DNA of 64,000 nucleotides from Emiliania huxleyi CCMP1516. Taxonomy: Eukaryota. The DNA lies in contig NW_005201792.1 of the NCBI RefSeq assembly GCF_000372725.1, positions 933,440-997,439 on the forward strand, given 5' to 3'. Below are positions 35,392 through 51,400 of the stretch, piece by piece. The position numbers and the translations under genes are program-made. Numbering within the stretch: the stretch's first letter is position 1; every line of letters begins with the position of its first letter. Under the pieces are notes generated by a model. It was given only the letters and a program-made list of their open reading frames with translations, did no database searches and was not told the DNA's origin.

Positions 35392-35613
35392 GGCGAGTAG
35401 CAGTAGGGGGGCGAGGGGCGAGTACCGAGTAGGGGGGCGGGCGAGTAGGAGTGTAGGAGGCGAGTAGGAAGCGAGTAGGGGGCGAGTAGGAGGCGAGTAG
35501 GAGGCGAGTAGGAGGGCGAGTAGGAGGCGAGTAGGAGGTGAGTGCTAGGGCGAGTAGGAGGCGAGTAGGAGGCGAGAAGGAGGCGAGTAGGACGGCGAGT
35601 ACGGGTAGGAGGC
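35392..35613. repeat. Tandem repeat of about 11 bp (AGGAGGCGAGT)
   Basis: Read directly; degenerate copies. Confidence 0.9.
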
Positions 35614-35696
35614 GGTGAGACCCAGTTTCTCCGGCCCGTGTGTCAAGCGATCAACTCACTCGCGGCCCAAGTGTGACGTGGCAGTGCATACACACG

Positions 35697-36755
35697 ATGT
35701 CGCCGCCGAGCCTTCCCCTCGCTCTGCTTGCACTCCTTGCATGTTTTTCGCCAGCGGCGTCGCTCACCGTGGCGGTCACGGGTGCCACAGGAAACGTCGG
35801 CCGTGCAGCCGTCCAGCGCCTGGTTGCTGACGGAGACTGCGCCCGGATATTACTCAGGCACGAGGTGACCTCTGGCAGCGCCGTCCCGCCGGCGGCGGAC
35901 GCGGATTCGTCGGCTGTCGCCTCGTACCTAGTCGGGCTTCCGGGCGTCGAGGCCGTCCGCGGCGACATCAACGACCCCGCATCGCTGCGGGACCTCCTCG
36001 TCGGCTGTGACGCGGTGATCGCGGCGCACGGCGCTCGACGCACACGCAAGCTGTCCGACTTTTGGCGCGACCCGACGCACGACCCGGCCCACGCCAAGAA
36101 TGTCAACTACGAGGGGATGAAGTCGCTCCTCGCGGCTGCCGCCGGTAGCGGCACGTGCAAGCGGGTCGTGCGCATTACCGGGAAGGGCGAGACGCCGTGG
36201 TCGTTCTTTTCCATCTTGCTCAACGGCCTCGGCGGGATGGCAAAGGCGTGGAACTACGAGGGCGAGCGCCTGATGCGTGCTTGCAGCGTGGACTACACCA
36301 TCGTGCGGCCGGGTGTGATGTCGGCGAGGGCGGAGCTGCCTCCGAGCTCGCTCGCCCTGGCCGACAACGGCGGCGACCTGAAGGTGACGCCGATCCCGCC
36401 GGGCGCCATCGCCGACCTCTGCGTCGACTGTCTCCGGACGCCGAACGCCGCGCGAGCGACGCTGACCGCGATGCGCTCCGCCGAGCCGGGCGCGGGGTCG
36501 GGCTCGTGGGGGCAGCTCCTCGCGGGCGTGAGGCCCGACCGACGCGCCTTCCGATCCGACCTCCTCGAGGCGCACCAGACGGCAGTGCGCGTCGGCGGCA
36601 CCGCCCTCGCCCTCGCCGGCCTCGCCCTTGCCTCCGCCGCGGCGCTCGCAGTCAAGGCGGCGCTGAGCGCCGTGCTTCCCGCCGTGCTCGCGTGGCCGCT
36701 CCCCGCCCGGCTGGCGGCGGCGGGGGGGCTGCTGGCAGTGGGGCTTCTGAAGTAG
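35697..36755 (+). CDS. NAD(P)-binding Rossmann-fold protein (atypical SDR/NmrA-like) with signal peptide and C-terminal TM
   Basis: VAVTGATGNVG, VRGDIND, VNYEG, GE.LMR..VDYTIVRPG. Confidence 0.85.
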   Translation: MSPPSLPLALLALLACFSPAASLTVAVTGATGNVGRAAVQRLVADGDCARILLRHEVTSGSAVPPAADADSSAVASYLVGLPGVEAVRGDINDPASLRDLLVGCDAVIAAHGARRTRKLSDFWRDPTHDPAHAKNVNYEGMKSLLAAAAGSGTCKRVVRITGKGETPWSFFSILLNGLGGMAKAWNYEGERLMRACSVDYTIVRPGVMSARAELPPSSLALADNGGDLKVTPIPPGAIADLCVDCLRTPNAARATLTAMRSAEPGAGSGSWGQLLAGVRPDRRAFRSDLLEAHQTAVRVGGTALALAGLALASAAALAVKAALSAVLPAVLAWPLPARLAAAGGLLAVGLLK

Positions 36756-37075
36756 TGGCTAGTGGTAGTGCCGGGGGCGCGCGCCGCCGGCCGAGAGCGG
36801 CGCAAGTGGCAAGTCCAAGTGCGCCGGCGCGCAGAGTCCCCGCACACGCGTCGAGAGTTTTGGACTCGGAGTGGAGCAGATGCGGGCTTTGTGTGAGAGA
36901 CGGATCATGTTTGGGGGGTCAACGTGTTTGTTATTTATCGCACGGAAGTAAAGATATATTACTTTTTGTTATTTATCGCACGGCCGAGCCTTTCAGCACT
37001 CAGCAGCTCCACAAACGGGGTGCAGTTTACGTCAGCGCGGCATGATAAAATCGGGATCGATAGATTGCCGCCAGT

Positions 37076-37333
37076 CTATTTCCGGGCGGCCTTCCTCTTG
37101 GGCCCCTGCCGGTGCTTGTGGCGGCCATGCGTTCGGCAGTAGTTGTAGTTGATCTTGCCGCGCCGCACGATGTAGCAGTCCTCGCAGCGCCGGCGTACAG
37201 ACGACTTCACCTTCATCCACCTCCGCGCGAACGCCGCTTGCAGTCCGCCGAGCGGCGGCTGCGCCAGCGCTGCGAGCGGCGCCGTGGCCTTCGGCGCGAC
37301 GAGAGACCTGGCAGCGGCGAACACGCCGAACAT
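37076..37333 (-). CDS. MRPL36: Mitochondrial ribosomal protein bL36m
   Basis: Presequence followed by MKVKSSVRRRCEDCYIVRRG..C..HGRHKHRQG. Confidence 0.92.
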   Translation of the reverse strand: MFGVFAAARSLVAPKATAPLAALAQPPLGGLQAAFARRWMKVKSSVRRRCEDCYIVRRGKINYNYCRTHGRHKHRQGPKRKAARK

Positions 37334-40300
37334 TTAGTGGCTCGGCAGCCAGCGAGAAAAGAAAAAGGGGGCAAGGCAGGCCTTCCCATCCCTCTCTTTT
37401 TTCACCACACAGGGAATTAAAGGAGAGGAGTGTGGTGCTAGCCGTCACCCCTCTGTGTCTTGATTTGCCAACAACATACCTAAAACCCTCGGGTGTCTAC
37501 CTCTTCCTATCTCTCATTGCAGTCTCTCGCCAATTCAGAGGGAGAATCCTTATCAACTGGTCGGCCGCCATGTGGGCCTCCGGGCCTGCTGCGGCGGCGC
37601 GGCCTGTTGAGGCCGGGCTCGGCCCGGCCCGCGACGGCTGGCCGCCGACGCGCGCTCGCGCTGCTCGTCAAAATGGCGGCGGTGTCGATTGCGGCGACGG
37701 TCGTTCAGTCGTTCAGCGCTCAGGCGTCTGTCGTCTGTCGACTGTTGTCGCATTTCGCACACGAGCGCGCCGCGCGACCCGCGTCGCTCCGCGAGGGCAT
37801 GAGCCTTCCGCGATTCGATCCCGCAGCCAAAAGCTGCTCGCTCGAACCGCGGCCGACTCTGCCATCGCGGCTGCAGCTGTTGAGCGCTCCAGAAGACTGG
37901 TGCCTGATATGCTGCCTCCCTGCGGATGCTGCCGGCGAGCCTGGCGGTCCGCTGGACTACAAGGAAGTGTTGACTCGATGCCCCCCCGCAATCTTCTACC
38001 CCCACGAATCGGAACGCGAATGTGACAGGACCATCGGGTCCTTCGGCCACCAAAGCGAGATCACCCGAGAGCAGCTGAGTCTGCCTCTGGGGGCCTCGCC
38101 TCCGTCTCCTTCAGGCATTCGTGGCATCCTATGGGTCGTCCAGAGTATCGACCTCTGGCGAGTCAGCCGCGGTCACTTGATGACCCCCATCAAGTACAGC
38201 GATCGCCATCTCGCTGGCCTCTCCGCAAGGCCCCCCGACCGCGTCGAACTCAACAGCGCGGGCTCTCTCGGCTACGGGACCACCCCTGTGTCAGTGTGCC
38301 TTGTGGTTGCGAGAGACTGCCAGTGAGAAGCTGGAGGCAGGTCGCTAGACTGAGATGAGACCGCCAGTGGAGTTGGGAGCCCACCGTGCACCGCGCTGCG
38401 AGCCTGTCGTGTCCCTTGTCAGGAGCAGGAGAGCCCCACCTGTGCCCCTGATCGTCCTTCCAAAATCCTGCTCGTGCAGGTGTGGACCCTTTCCTCCTCG
38501 TTTGGGGTTGTCTGTTTTCTTTCTTTCTTTCTGGGACCGGCCCCAGCTTCGGCTGAGGGCTGACAGCTGCCGAGCCCAAATCACTGTGAGAGTCGTGACT
38601 TGTTGGTTTTCAAAAAATGCAAAAAATCTCTCCCCAATTCTACAAAACAAAACAAATCCCCCAATTCTCGAAAAGCGACCTTCATACTCCCTTAATGTGG
38701 GTAAACCATAGTAGCGTGCACGCTACTATGAACAGAGAAACCCATAAAAGTCGCCGCTGCAGTCCACGACGAGCCAGCCTGCTGCCGGCTCGCACGGCAG
38801 CCTCTTCCTCTCGACCAGCCTCAACTTCCGTACAGTCAACATTTTGTCGCTGCGTGCTCGTGGCGAGCTGTGGCGGCGGTCGAAGTTGGCCCAGATTCGA
38901 CGACGAGCGCCGGACGATAGTAGTGTCTCTGTTCGCCCTGTGCATGTCAGGCCAGGCTGCAGCAGGGTACTACCATCGTGCTGCCCTGTTGCAGCCTGAC
39001 TTTTCCCACTGTGCACAGTCGCCAGAGCACCACCACCGCCCGGCATCGTGTCACGGCGAGCTCCTTCTGCGCCCGCTCGCGAGGCTCTCGCGCTGGCACA
39101 CTTTGGACATCTTCTGCTCGCGTTCGGCGAGCTCTTCTCCGCACTCCTGCCACGGCGCCGTCACCAGACACCTTCTGGCCGGCCTGAGCCGCGCGGGGTC
39201 GCCGGCGGGGGCAACGCGTCGACCTCTCTCTCTGGTGCACCACGGGCTGCGACGGCTGCTGGCAGCGTGCGCGAGGAGGCAGTGTGCCGGCACAGTCGAG
39301 CTGGAGCATCGGGTTCTTGATGCTTGTGGGGTCAAGTTTGACCTTATGTGGTATAATATGCAACAATAATGCTCTGTTATCTCCCGGCTTTTTGAGATAT
39401 GATCCCTCAAAGTCGAATTATGGTTTACTGGTGACCATAGTAGTGTCTGGCCTGTTTGCGTTTCTTCAAACGAATCCTTCAAAGTCTCGACAATCACCAA
39501 GCTGCTTATGTGGCACCGCAGAGGCTCCCTTGGGGATGCTTGAGGCCACCCCAACCACTCACGAAGCCGTACGTGGACGAATTCAAATCTACTTTTATGG
39601 TTTACCTACATTAAGGGAGTACACAAATAAACACGTACCCGGGTATGCCGCCTCGCGGACGCGGTCTTCTCACTCTCGTCATTCTCTCTCCTGCCATTTC
39701 ATCCTCTGACTCATCGCTCTCCTCGGCCTCGTTCTGCGACGCCGGCGCTGCCTGCCTGCCGATCCCTTGCTCTCGCTCGGCCGTTCTCTCGCCTCTCGGC
39801 GTAACTCGAAACTCCGCTCTCCTTCCTCGCAGCGACCAGCGTAATTTGGCCCCTCGAGTGAGTGAGTTCGAGCTCTCCTCGCGCAAGGACCACATTTCTG
39901 ACTCCCACTCCGATCGCCAAGTCATGTCGTTGCTCAGGTCCACTCTCGTTTCGCTCTCTTGCCCGCAACCCGATACCGATCAAGCGATCATCCGGCCCGC
40001 TGGGTGCGCTTCTTAGCTCCCCGGCCCTGGATGTGAGGCTGATGACTGCACTCCAAGTGCTCCAAGTTTCCAGCACTTGTACGTTGTACCTCTCAACGCA
40101 CCACGGTCGGTGCTAGGGTCGATGTTGGCGCTGGGGTTCCCTTCGGGTATATCGTGACAGGACGACGGATTACCACTGGCGCGTCGTCCTCCGTTCGTCT
40201 TCCGATCGATTCGTCTTCCGACTCTTCCTTTCGGCGGCTTTAATAAATAAACAAAACGGACACACCAAACAAGGGGCGGGAGAAGTCCCCACCTGCACGA

Positions 40301-41400
40301 GCAGGATCTTGTAAGGACGATCAGGGACACAGGGGAACGGGAGTGGGGAAAAAGAAGAAAGAAATAGCCCTCCAAGTGCTCCAAGACAACCCAAGGGAGG
40401 GATGGGAGGACGGCACGCCGCCACCACACAGGGATTTTAAGGAGAGGAGTGTGATGCGCTAGCCGTCGCCCACCCTTGGGCGTCCGCCTCTTCCTATCTC
40501 TCCTCGCAGTCTCTCGCCGATTCTCGCTGCAACCTTCATGCCACCTCGCGGTCGTCCCACTCTCGTCGTTCTCCCTCCTGTCGTTTCCTCCTCTGTCGCG
40601 TGTCGCTCTCGTCTGCCTCGTCCTGCGACGCCGCCGCCGCCTGCCTATCCCTAGCTTGCTCTCGCGGCTTCTCCCGCCTTTCGGCGCAACTCTGCCCTCC
40701 TCGCGCGGCATATTTTTTGGCCCCTCGAGTTTATCGAGCTCTCCTCGCGCAAGGACGACTCTTCTGACGCCCACTGCTATCATTTGCCACCCAGTCATAT
40801 CGTTGCTCAGGTCCACTCTCTCTTCGAACACTTGTACCTAGACTTGTACCTCCACCGCGATGATGTTGCTTGTTGGCGCTGGGGTCCCCTTCGGGTGCAT
40901 CGTTACAGCTGACGACGGGATTACCACAGGTGTGTCGCCCTCCTCTGGTTCTTCTTCCTCGGCTTCCTCCCGTTCGGCGTTCGGCTCTACGTTCATTACG
41001 TTCATCGTGGCTCACCCTCCATCCATGGACCATGCATGCCGTGAACAGGCGCTTACGCGCTTTATCCATCCTATATTCTTCTCTCTCCTCTGCCCGTGCC
41101 TTGGTCTTGTCGTTGTTTCGCACCCATGTCTGTATGGCGATCGAGGCTGCCTTCCCCACTTGCCACTACCTGTAGTTCACTCGTCACCTCTCCTGCTAGC
41201 TCCTCTCTCTTTCTTTCGGGTATGGAGTCCGTGAGTGCGGGTAGCGTGCAGGCAATCACGGGCGCTATTTTGTCGTACTCCTCTTCGGCGAGCGCTCCAA
41301 ATCTAGACCCCATTGCTTTTTGCGCGTGCCCGCGGGCGTTTTTCTTAATTTGGACCTGCAAATGTTCCACGGCACCGGGGGCTTCTTCAGGCTGCTCGCC

Positions 41401-44562
<3,162 letters not shown>

Positions 44563-45103
44563 GCGGGAGAGGGCGTCCTGCCGCCTTTAGTTTCTCTAGC
44601 CAAGCGCCTCCTTTCGCGCTGATCGACGCGCTGCGCGCTCCTCTTGCATATATGCTACGTGATTGCATGGGGGGATCGTCGCATGCGCCATAGCCCCGTG
44701 TGGGGGCATGCATCGGGGGCCATGCGATGGCGTGGCGCGGGGCCGGGGCCGAGGGTCCGCCGCAGCGCCTCTCTCGCGGCGCGCGGCCCGGCGGCACGGA
44801 TCTCGGTTCTCGCGCGCCCGCGCCGCCCGCGCCCGCCGCGGCCCGCGGCGGCTGCGCGGCGCGCCGGACCCACGCGGTGTTTTTTTTGGGTGTACTCGTT
44901 GTGGCTCTCTACACTGTGTTGCGGTGCAAGATAAATACAAAAATAACATTGCGGCGGGCACGCGGTCCCCCCGGGCGCACCACAGCGGGGCGCAACCGCC
45001 ACAGGCCACAGGGGGTTGGCGGGCGCGACTTTGCAGGTCCAGGTGGCGTGGCCGTGGGGGCGATCTCTAGACCGCCTCGGTCCCAAGGCTGGCACCGCCG
45101 CGC

Positions 45104-46726
45104 TCAGCCGAGCCTTTGCCGCACGGGGCGCCTCAAGCCAGGCAGCGACTGGCGGTGCAGCAGCGGCGGCAGCTTGGCCGACGCCCACTGCTCGCGCACC
45201 GCTTGCTCGCACCTGCAGACAGTCGGTGCGCCAGCAGGCAGGTGCGTCGCAGCAGGTGCGGCGGAGGGGGCGATGAGAGTGGGCAAGGAAAGGAAGGAGG
45301 GGAGGCAACCAGCTGGAGGGCGGGGCGCGGCTGTGAGGAGGGGCGGGTGGTGAGGGGTGAGGAGGGGCTGTGAGGAGGGGCGGGAGGTGTCTCACCCGCC
45401 CTGCCAGCCGAGCGACTCGGCCAGCAGCGAGCGCCGCTCCCGCAGCGTCGGTCCGGCGGGCATCGAGCGACGCCGGGGCGGCTCGGAGGCGGAACCGTCG
45501 CGCTCCCGCCCCCCCGCGCTGCCCGCCCAGCTGTGCCCCTGCCCGCCCGCCTGCCTCCTGCCGGAGAGAGGCGTCTTCCCTCTCCCCGCCACGCCCCCCG
45601 CCACACCCCCCGCCACGCCCCCCGCCGCTGCCGGCACGCCCCCCGCGACAGAGAGGGAAACCATCTCGGAGAGCGGCAGCGCGACGCCGTCCAAGGGGAG
45701 CGGGCCTGACCAGGCCGGGGCGAGGGGTGGGCGAGGGGTGGGCGAGGGAGCGGAGTGCGAGGGCGCCTTTTGCAGCGCTGGCCGCGACACACCCCTCGCC
45801 CTCGCAGAGCTCGAGCCGGGTTAGGGTTAGGGTTATAGCGGCGGGCGCGGAACAGAGGCGCGGCGAGCGGCTCGGAGAAGAGAGGGGGGAGGTGGCTGCT
45901 ACGTCTTGCCGCCTCTACGGGGTGCAGGCCGGCAGGGGGCAGGCCGGCAGGGGGCAGGCCCGCGGGGGGGTCGGCGAGGCCCATCGCAGCGAGGAGCAGG
46001 TTGCCTCTCTCCGGGTCGGCGGCGTCCTGCTCCGGGGCAGAGTCCAGAGTCCAGAGTCGAGAGTGGGAGTCGGAGTCGGAGTGCAAGGGGAGGGGGCAGG
46101 TGGCGACGCGGCGGAGCGGGAGGGGCGAGGGCGAAGAGGCGAGGGCAGGAAGCCTGCGAGTCGGAGTCGTCGGAGACCTCCTCGGTGTGCTCCGTGAGTG
46201 AGGCCTTGCAGGGGGGGGGGGGGGAGGAGATGAAAGGCGAGGGCGCCGCAGCGGAGAGGTGAGGCCCGGGCGGGGGAGAGCGGGGTTCTGCCTCAGGGCC
46301 TGTGCGCGCCTCGGCAGGGTCAAAGGGCTCACGGAGCGACAGGCGGCGCTCGGGTTCGCTGGCCTCGCCGCCGTCGCTCGCTCGGCGCGTCGCCGCCGAG
46401 CTGCTGGGAGAGCTCGACGACGTGGAGAGCGAAGACGCGTACCCTGAAACTCGCTTCCGCATCTGGGGGCGGGGAGGCGGCCTCTCGTCGTCGCACGCCT
46501 CAGACTCTGACCACTCTGGGTCGCCCTCGGAGGCGTGGCTCACGCGCTTCTCGAAGCTCTCTCGCATCGACAGCACCCATCGACGGTGCCGCGCGGTCGC
46601 CTCGTCCAGGCTGCTTGACGAGCGCCGCTTGAGTTCGGCGTGGGTGTCGGGAGAGGTGCGGCCGGAGCTCTGCGAGGATGAGCTGGTCGCCCGGAGATCA
46701 AAAGACTGGAGGAAAGCCGGGTTCAT
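45104..46726 (-). CDS. Hypothetical Ser/Pro-rich multi-exon protein
   Basis: Long protein-like frame from MNPAFLQSF, with intron-like C-rich and telomeric stretches. No recognisable domain; the 3' end is uncertain. Confidence 0.4.
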
Positions 46727-46918
46727 GCCGGGCAACAGAGCGCACGCCAAAATACCCGAAGCTTGCTTTTCCCGGGTTTCTTTTCCCTATTTTTGAGGCC
46801 CAGAAAGGCGTGGGGCATAGTCCCGACCGGCAGGGAAAGAATTTTTGTTTAGCTGGAGCCCAGGTACCAGCCCCAGCCGCAAAAGTAAACCCCGGAGCTC
46901 GACCACGCCGGCGAGCGC

Positions 46919-48136
46919 ATGGACTGGGTGTACGCTCGCGCGCCGGCGGACGCTGCAAGTAGCAATGATCAACGCACCACCTGGGCACAATACCCCACCT
47001 GCATCAACGGGCGGCGACAGTCGCCGATCGACATCGCAACCGCGGCCGCCGTTGCCGGCGGCGTCGAGCCCATGGCTCCGCATCTCCGGCCTCTCGACCG
47101 GCTGCTGCTGGTCAACACGGGGAGGAGTTTTCAGGTGCACGAGCAGGGTTCTGCCGTCCGCATGCTGCCTGCGGGAGCCACGCCGGCGACAGCGCCTGTG
47201 GAGAACGGGTCTGCTTCCAAGGGCTACACAGTACTGCACGGCCGCAGATACGACTTCTACCAGGTCCACTGGCACACGCCGTCGGAGCACCTGGTGGACG
47301 GGCGGCACGCCGCGCTTGAGGTGCCGTTGACCCGTCTCGCCGGCCTCTCGCTGTCAGCAGACACCAACCGCTGGAGCCCGCCACCTCAGGCGCACTTTGT
47401 CCATCGAGACGCGAGCGAGAGTGGCCTCGCCGTGATCACCGTGCTCTACGACGAGGCAGCCGCGTGCGACCCTCTCCTCTCCGCCTTCTGGGACGACTTC
47501 CCGCCCTCGGACGGCGCTCGCCGCTACGCCGAGTCGGCCGCGTCCGTCGACTTTGGCGCGATGCTCTCGGAGCTGCTGCTCCGCGGCGGCGGCGCCTACC
47601 AGTGGGAGGGCTCTCTCACCACCCCTCCCTGCACCGAGGGCGTCGAGTGGCGGCTGATCAAGGCGCGCCGCCACGTCTGCGCCGCCCAGCTCGAGCGCCT
47701 GCGTGCCGCGCTCGGCGCCGCGAGCGGCGTCCGTGCAAACAACCGCATGGTCCAGCCGCTAAACGGGCGCCTCTTGAGGGCGTCCGCCCTTTCGCCGCCC
47801 GCCGCGCCATTCCCTTTGTGGGGCGCGGCGGCCGTCGGCGGCGTGCTCGCCCTGGCGCTGGCGGCGGCTCTGGCTTTTGCGGCTCGCCGGGGGCGCGGCG
47901 GCGCGCGGCGGTCGCGGGCGGGCCTGCTGCAAGCGCGTGGGCCATCGACGGGGGAGAAGGAGCTCTCCTCGGCTCTCCCCTCTGCCGGCTCCCGGACTCC
48001 CGCGGTGCCGGGCGCGGCGTCGGCGGGAGGGCACGCGGACGACTCCGGCCTCAGGAACAGCTCCTCCTCGTCAGACTCGTTTGTCTCCGAGGACGCAGAC
48101 AGCGCGGGCGAGTTGCTCGCACGAGAGAAGGTGTGA
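46919..48136 (+). CDS. Alpha-carbonic anhydrase with a C-terminal TM helix (intron 47321-47389)
   Basis: GRRQSPIDI, QVHWHTPSEH, E|AHFVH (three Zn His ligands), YQWEGSLTTPPCTEGV, NNR.VQPLNGR. Confidence 0.93.
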   Translation: MDWVYARAPADAASSNDQRTTWAQYPTCINGRRQSPIDIATAAAVAGGVEPMAPHLRPLDRLLLVNTGRSFQVHEQGSAVRMLPAGATPATAPVENGSASKGYTVLHGRRYDFYQVHWHTPSEHLVDGRHAALEVPLTRLAGLSLSADTNRWSPPPQAHFVHRDASESGLAVITVLYDEAAACDPLLSAFWDDFPPSDGARRYAESAASVDFGAMLSELLLRGGGAYQWEGSLTTPPCTEGVEWRLIKARRHVCAAQLERLRAALGAASGVRANNRMVQPLNGRLLRASALSPPAAPFPLWGAAAVGGVLALALAAALAFAARRGRGGARRSRAGLLQARGPSTGEKELSSALPSAGSRTPAVPGAASAGGHADDSGLRNSSSSSDSFVSEDADSAGELLAREKV

Positions 48137-48185
48137 GCTCTCGTGACACCCAGTGGATGCTTTTTGATTTCTTTTTTGTGGGTTC

Positions 48186-48385
48186 CAACTTTTTCCGGGG
48201 TAGAGAGAGAGAGAGAGATTTTGTTTCCGGGGTATGGTATGGTGGGCTCGGCGGCCCAAAGGGGGGGGTATGGTCCTGACCGCCCAAGGCTAGCCCTACC
48301 ATACCCCAAGCAGGTCTTCCAAGAGGCGGGGGGGTATGGTCTCGAGGTGGCTCGGCGACACCATACCACACCCCGGAAAAAAGTT
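48186..48385. mobile_element. MITE-like foldback
   Basis: TTTCCGGGGTATGGTATGGTG (48224-48244) is inverted at 48359-48379. Outer CAACTTTTT/AAAAAGTTG also pair. Confidence 0.55.
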
Positions 48386-48480
48386 GTAACCCTGCGCGTG
48401 TTTGCGTTGTGGTCTGTCTCGCGCCCTCGCCGTCCCGTCTGTGGGACCCGTCTAAACAGGAGCAAGCTCCCTCAAGCACC

Positions 48481-51400
48481 ATGCCTGAAGCCACTTCCTC
48501 GCCCGCGCGCCTCGACGCACTCCCAGCAGCAGCGGAAGTCGCCCTTCGCGCTGCCGGCCTAATCGACGAGGCGGAGCTACATGCGGCCGTAGCAACCCTC
48601 GCCTCGCACGAGGGCCTCCGTGAGGAGCTGCGCCGCGATGCGACGCCGAGCCAGCGCACGCTCCTCGATGCGCTCAAGGTTGCCGGCGTGGCCAAAGTGG
48701 GCTTGCGCCACAAGGGCGCGGGCGTGCTTCTCGCTGAGTTGATGCCTACCACCGCAGACCCTCCGGCGGCGGCTGCGCCGGCCGGGCAGAGCCTCGCTCC
48801 GGGCGTCGTTCTGGCGCCACCGGGTGCCGGGCTCGGCGACGACTTTTGGGCGGCGGTGTCGAAGGCCTCGTGCGCCTCGACCGAGGCGGTCGGCCTGCCT
48901 GCGGCGGACGAGCGAGAGTCTGGCGGCGCGGTCAAGCTGGACCTCGACTTTGCGTCGGCAACCAAGGACCGCGAGAAGCTGGACGCGGCGCTGGTGGCGG
49001 ACCTCGCCCAGTCGCTCGGCGTCGACCCCGGCAGGATCAAGATCAAGGCTGTCGCCGACGGTGGCAAATAGGGAGCCGGCACCACTCGCGGCTTGTCCGC
49101 GGGGGGTGCCGCCACAGACTGCGCCGCCCCAGGCAGGCCGCGCACCACTCTGCGTGCCGAGCAGCCGCAGCCCGTCGACACGGGGCCGAGCAGCACCCCG
49201 GGCGGCGCCTCGTCGCCCGGTGCGGCGGCGGCGGCGCCTCCTTCGGCGAGCAGCGTGGTCGGCAAGTGGTGCCTTGTGGTGCCGATGCGGTGAGGCGGAG
49301 CGTGGCGTGAGCAGGTGGCCGCTGCTCCCGCCGTGGCCTTTGACGCGCGGCCCGCGAGCGAGCGCGTCGCCATCTACCGCCGGTGCGGCGCGCAGTCGTA
49401 CCGCCGCTCCGACTTCTCCGGCGCCGCGGGCTTCTACCGCAAGGCACCTCTCCCGCTCCCTCCCCTTTGGGCAAGGCACCTCTCCCGCTCCCTCCCCTTT
49501 GGGCGGCACGCGCGGGGCGGGAGAGAGAGCGTGCTCGTCCTGCTCATCCCTCCCCTCCCCGCCCCCCCCTCCCCCCTCCCCCCGACCAGGCGCTCGACCT
49601 CAGCCCGCCGGACGAGGAGCGCGCGCAGCTCCTCTCCAACCTCGCCGCCTGCTCCCTCGGCGCAACGCCTCCGGACGGAGCGGCGGCGCTGCTCCACGCC
49701 GCGGCGGCGATCGCGCTCGCGCCGTCGCACTTCAAGGCGCGCGTGCGGGCGGCCCGCAGCCTCACGCTGCTCGGGCGGCTCGCCGAGGCGGCGGAGGCTT
49801 ACGACGCGGCGGCGGAGGCGGCGAGGCGGCGGCCGGCCGAGGCGGCGGCCGGCCAGCCGGCAGGTGGAGGCGCAGAGGCCACCGGCGAGTCTGCCGCCGG
49901 CGCGGCGGCCGCCGCCGAGGTCTCGATCGCGGAGGAGGGCGCCGCGAGCGTGCGGCGGCTGGCGGGGATGGAGGGGCGCGCGGCCGCCCTCGCCGGTGGC
50001 GGGAGGTGCGACGAGGCGCTCCCGCTCGCGCGCTCTCTGCAAGAGGCGTGCGGCTGCTCCCCCCTCGGGCCGCTGCTCGCCGTCGCCTCGCTCCTCGGGG
50101 CGGGCCGGCTGGCAGAGGCGGAGGAGGAGGCCGCCGCTGCGGCCGCCGCCTACCCCCGCGACGACGCGGCCGCCCTCGCGCTCGCCCGCTGCATCAGCCG
50201 CCGCGGCGCGCCGCAGCGAGCGCTCGCCCTCCTCTCCGCACGATTGGACGGGACCGAGGCGCCGTGCGGGGGCGCATGCGGCGGCAGCGGCGGCGGCGGC
50301 GGCGGCGGCGGTGACGGCGCCGCTTTCCGCTCGCTCGGCGACTGTGCCGACCTCGCGGCCGCACTGAGCGGGCTGAGCGCGGCGCTGCGCCTCAAGGGGG
50401 AGGGGAACGAGGCGTACGGCCGGGCCGACTACGCCGCCGCGGAGGAGCAGCTCGGCCCCGCGTAGTCTGAGAAGAGATCTTCGTTCATCGAGGTACCACT
50501 CATTGTTGATAGGAGAGCTACTCGGCCGCCCTCCGCGCCGACGCGGCGGAGCTGCTGACGCCGGCGCGCCTGCCTCCGCCAGGGGCTGGGGAGGGGGTTG
50601 GGGAGGGGGTTGGGGAGGGGGTCGCTGACTCGAGGCGGTGTCGGCGGTAGGTGCTGCGAGGGAACCGCGCGCAAGCGCGGCTGCGGGCAGGCGTGCCGGT
50701 CCGCGCGTTGCAGGAGGTGGAGGCTGCGCTCGCGCTCGACGCCACGTCGACGCGGCTGCTCCTCCGGCGCGCCGCGTGCAATTTGGCGCTCGAGCGCGGC
50801 GAGGAGGCGGAGGCGGACTACCGCGCAGCGCTGGCGCTCGACCCTGAGTGCGAGGCGGCGCGTCGCGCCCTCGCCGGCGATTTCAGCGGCGGCGGCGGCG
50901 AGGGCGGTGAGGGCGGGGCGCAGGCGGGACGGGCGGGCGGCGGAGGCGGCGCGGCGCGACCGGGCGGCAGCGCGGCGCTGCCTGCGGGTGCAGCCGGCGG
51001 CGAGTTGTACGGCGAGCTTGGCTTGCCTGCGAGCGCGAGCTACGGCGAGGTCAAGGCCGCGTTCCGCAGGCGCGCACGCTCCTTCCCCAGAGGCGTGGGC
51101 GGTGGGAGGCGTGTGTTGTTGAGGGGCGGCGTGTCTGTCTGCAGGCTGGCGCTGGAGCTCCACCCGGACAAGTTCAGAGGCGACGAGGCCGGCCGCACGG
51201 CGGCGCAGGCGCGGCGGCGGCGCCGCTGGTGAGGCCAGTGTGAAGACGAGTGCGCCTCACGCGTCGCGCGGCTGACTGCAGGCACGATACGAGCGGGTGC
51301 ACCGCGCGTACAACGTCCTCGCCGACGGTTTCAAGCGGTGGCTGCTCGACGCGGGGCAGGGCGCAGCGTCGCTCGCCGACATCGAGGCGCAGGAGCGCGC

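Noticed and set aside
37493..39650. Protein-coding genes in the repeat cluster
   Set aside because: No recognisable motifs and the frames are broken.
40018..40075. Hammerhead ribozyme (CTGATGA followed by a small stem)
   Set aside because: No GAAA after stem II, and the copy at about 450 has TTGATGA.
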